Assembly (NCBI RefSeq): GCF_018350175.1
Contig: NC_058368.1
Location: 220,598,001-220,662,000, forward strand
Source of the DNA: Felis catus
Lineage: Eukaryota
Length of the DNA: 64,000 nt
Reading direction: 5' to 3'
This document shows positions 61,597 to 64,000 of this stretch, piece after piece. The position numbers and the translations under genes are program-made. Position 1 is the stretch's first letter; each line of letters starts with the position of its first letter. The notes below the pieces were generated by a model. It saw only the letters and a list, made by a program, of their open reading frames with translations. It was not told the origin of the DNA and searched no databases.

Positions 61597-64000
61597 GGGT
61601 GGGAAATTGGGTGTATCTGGAATCCATGAAATAGAGCCAGACCAACACTAAACCATCCTGCACACCTAGAAAACCAATTGGAAGATTAACACAACAATCT
61701 GCACAACCTGAACCACAGAATTCAGCAGGTACATGACACGAAGAGCTGAACTTGGGGAGCAAGAAGCCGCGAAAGGTAGGGAACGCATTTTGCAGGTGGA
61801 GAGAGGACGGAGACTGGGGGTGAGGGGGAGCATACGGGAAAAGCACCCCTCCCCAAAAGCAGCTGGAGAGAAAGTGGAAAACTGGAAACAGCTGCAGGAA
61901 CTAAACTGAGAAAGGAGAAAGGAGAAAGGAGAGGGTTTAAATTCCATGAAGACTGTAAACAAGGGGAGCGCAAAGGCTGCAACTCCGCAGCTCCATACCT
62001 GGCGGTGCTCTGGTGGGAAGGGCGAATCCCCAGGAACAGAGTGGGGTCTGGGAGGTTCTCGGGCCACACGGGGAAAAGCAGTTCCACTGCTGGAAGGACA
62101 TGTGGTAGAGACTGTTGAAGCCACCTGGTCCCAGCAGACCCCAGAAAACGGCCACAATCACTGGAGCTGCAACAAGGTCCTTAAGGTTGAAGGCTGGTGC
62201 CAGATGTGTGTTGTGATTTTCCATACTCACTGAAAAGCTGCTTCTACGAACTGCTGCTATCTCGTAAACTTTTTCTGGGGCAGGCTGGCACCTGGCCGCA
62301 GTCTCGGGGCACCGGCAACAGCAGGGTCCAGCTGCTGTTGGGGGGCATTCCTGGGTGCAGCTGACATTCGGCCACTGCTCATTCGGCCTTTGCTCAGTGA
62401 GACCCTCCCGCACAGGGGTGGAACCGGTCAAAGCTGCAGTCCTTCGGAAGTAAGGGGCCTGGGAAAACAGCCGCATCTGAGACAAAACTCGGGAGAGAGG
62501 TACTGCCTGGGGCCTGGTCACGGAGAGAGGAAAAGCGGGAGTGGATGAGAGCTGAAGACAGAGGACCAGTGCGCGATTGCCGATCCAGGAGAACAGATTG
62601 GGTGGCTGGATGGCGCCATTTTTCACTGCTCCCGCGCATGCGCACTCGAGCACCACAGCAATCCACCTCAGTAGGCTAGCAGCGCCATCTAGTGGAGAGC
62701 GGAGCTGTTACACCGAGGCCTGCCCAACTGGGCCAACTTTCCTCTTCAAGAACACAAACCTCACTGCTGGCTTAATTTATGGACTATAAAGAGATACATG
62801 GACTGACCTCTAGGGGAAAACGAAGCAATTTCCGTCCTACTTCAATCTGTTAGCAGGATCATCTATTCAATTTTTTTTTCCTCTCTCTTTTTCCTTTTTC
62901 CCTTTTACAATTCTTTTCTTTTTCTTGAATACAGAAAGAGAAAAAACTCATTTTTATTTTCAATTTCTATTAAAAATATCTGTCTTTAATTTTTATTACT
63001 ATATTTTTTACTTTTGTGTAATTTTTTTCAAATTCTACTTTACTTCCATCATTTTATTTTAGCCTGCTTCAGTGTACTCACCTTGTCAAATTTTCAATTT
63101 TCTTTTTTACTTTTTCTTTTTTTCTCTTTTTCATTTCTTTTCTTTTTCTTGAATTCAGAAAGAGAAAAACTTCACTTTTACTTTCAATTCCTTTAAAAAA
63201 TATTTTTATTTAATTTTTATTACTATATTTTTTGCTTTTATGTAATTTTTTTCAAATTCTATCTTTCTCCCATCATTTTATTTCAGTCTACTACAGTGTA
63301 TTCACTTTTTCAAATTTTCAAATGATTTCTTTTTTTTGTCTTTTCTTTTTTCTTTTTTAATCTTTTTTCTCTTTTTTCACTTATTTTCTTTTTTCTTAAA
63401 TACCAAAAATGAAAAAATTCATATTTCTTTTTAATTATTATTAAAAATATTTTTCTATAATTTTTTCTACTATATTCTCTAATTTTGTGTATTTTAGTCT
63501 ACTTTAGTGTATTCGTTTTTTCAAATTCTCAAATGATTTGCTTTTTTTTCTCTCCCCCCCTTTTTTTTTGTTTTTTTTTGGGGGGGATTTTGTTTGTTTG
63601 TGTCTCTAATCTGTCAAACCACTTTCTACACCCAGACCAAAACACACCTAGGATCTAGCGTCATCTATTTGATTTGTGTGTGTGTTTTTAATTTTTAATA
63701 TTTTTTAATTTTATTTTTTTAATTTCAATCTTTCTACCTCATTAATTCCTTTTCTCCCTTCAAAATTACAAAACAAAGGAATTCACCCCAAAAGAAAGGG
63801 CACGACGAAACAACAGCCAGCGATTTAACCAACCCAGACACAAGCAAGATGTCTGAACCAGAATTTAAAATCACGATAATAGGAGTACTAGCTGGAGTTG
63901 AAAATAGATTAGAATCGCTTTCTGCAGAGATAAGAGAAGTAAAAAATAGCCAGAATGAAATTAAAAATGCTATAACTGAGCTGCAATCATGGATTGCATG
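61597..64000 (+). mobile_element. 5' portion of a relatively young felid LINE-1: GC/CpG-rich 5' UTR, T-rich tandem region, start of ORF1 (63765 to window end)
   Basis: Homologous to 11094 element (ACACAACAATCTGCA, CCAAAACACACCTAGGATCTAG); open frame ITKQRNSPQKKG..MSEPEFKITIIGVLAGVENRLESLSAEIREVK. Confidence 0.93.

Noticed and set aside
1..64000. CRISPR arrays, operons, rRNA or prokaryotic systems
   Set aside because: Sequence is mammalian; no repeat-spacer arrays or dense coding regions

Overview
AT-rich, gene-poor mammalian DNA, almost certainly felid, judging from ~25 Can-SINEs (including the young cat-type SINEC_Fc subfamily) and felid-type LINE-1s. I found no intact protein-coding gene, RNA gene or CRISPR array. 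The longer ORFs in the track are microsatellite, SINE or L1 artefacts. The window is a layered record of transposons: a decayed class III ERV (LTR16A plus ERV3-16A3-like gag/pol), a rearranged ~4.5 kb L1, the 5' end of a younger L1 at the right edge, nested twin-primed L1s, several solo LTRs, MaLR elements, Tigger and hAT DNA transposons, MIR and L2. The most unexpected signal is absent from the ORF track. It is a frameshifted retroviral envelope transmembrane-subunit fossil on the minus strand (~5560-6150) facing the broken ERVL pol. I see no evidence of an intact novel biological system. Repeat family names come from recalled consensus similarity, not from a database search, and boundaries are approximate.
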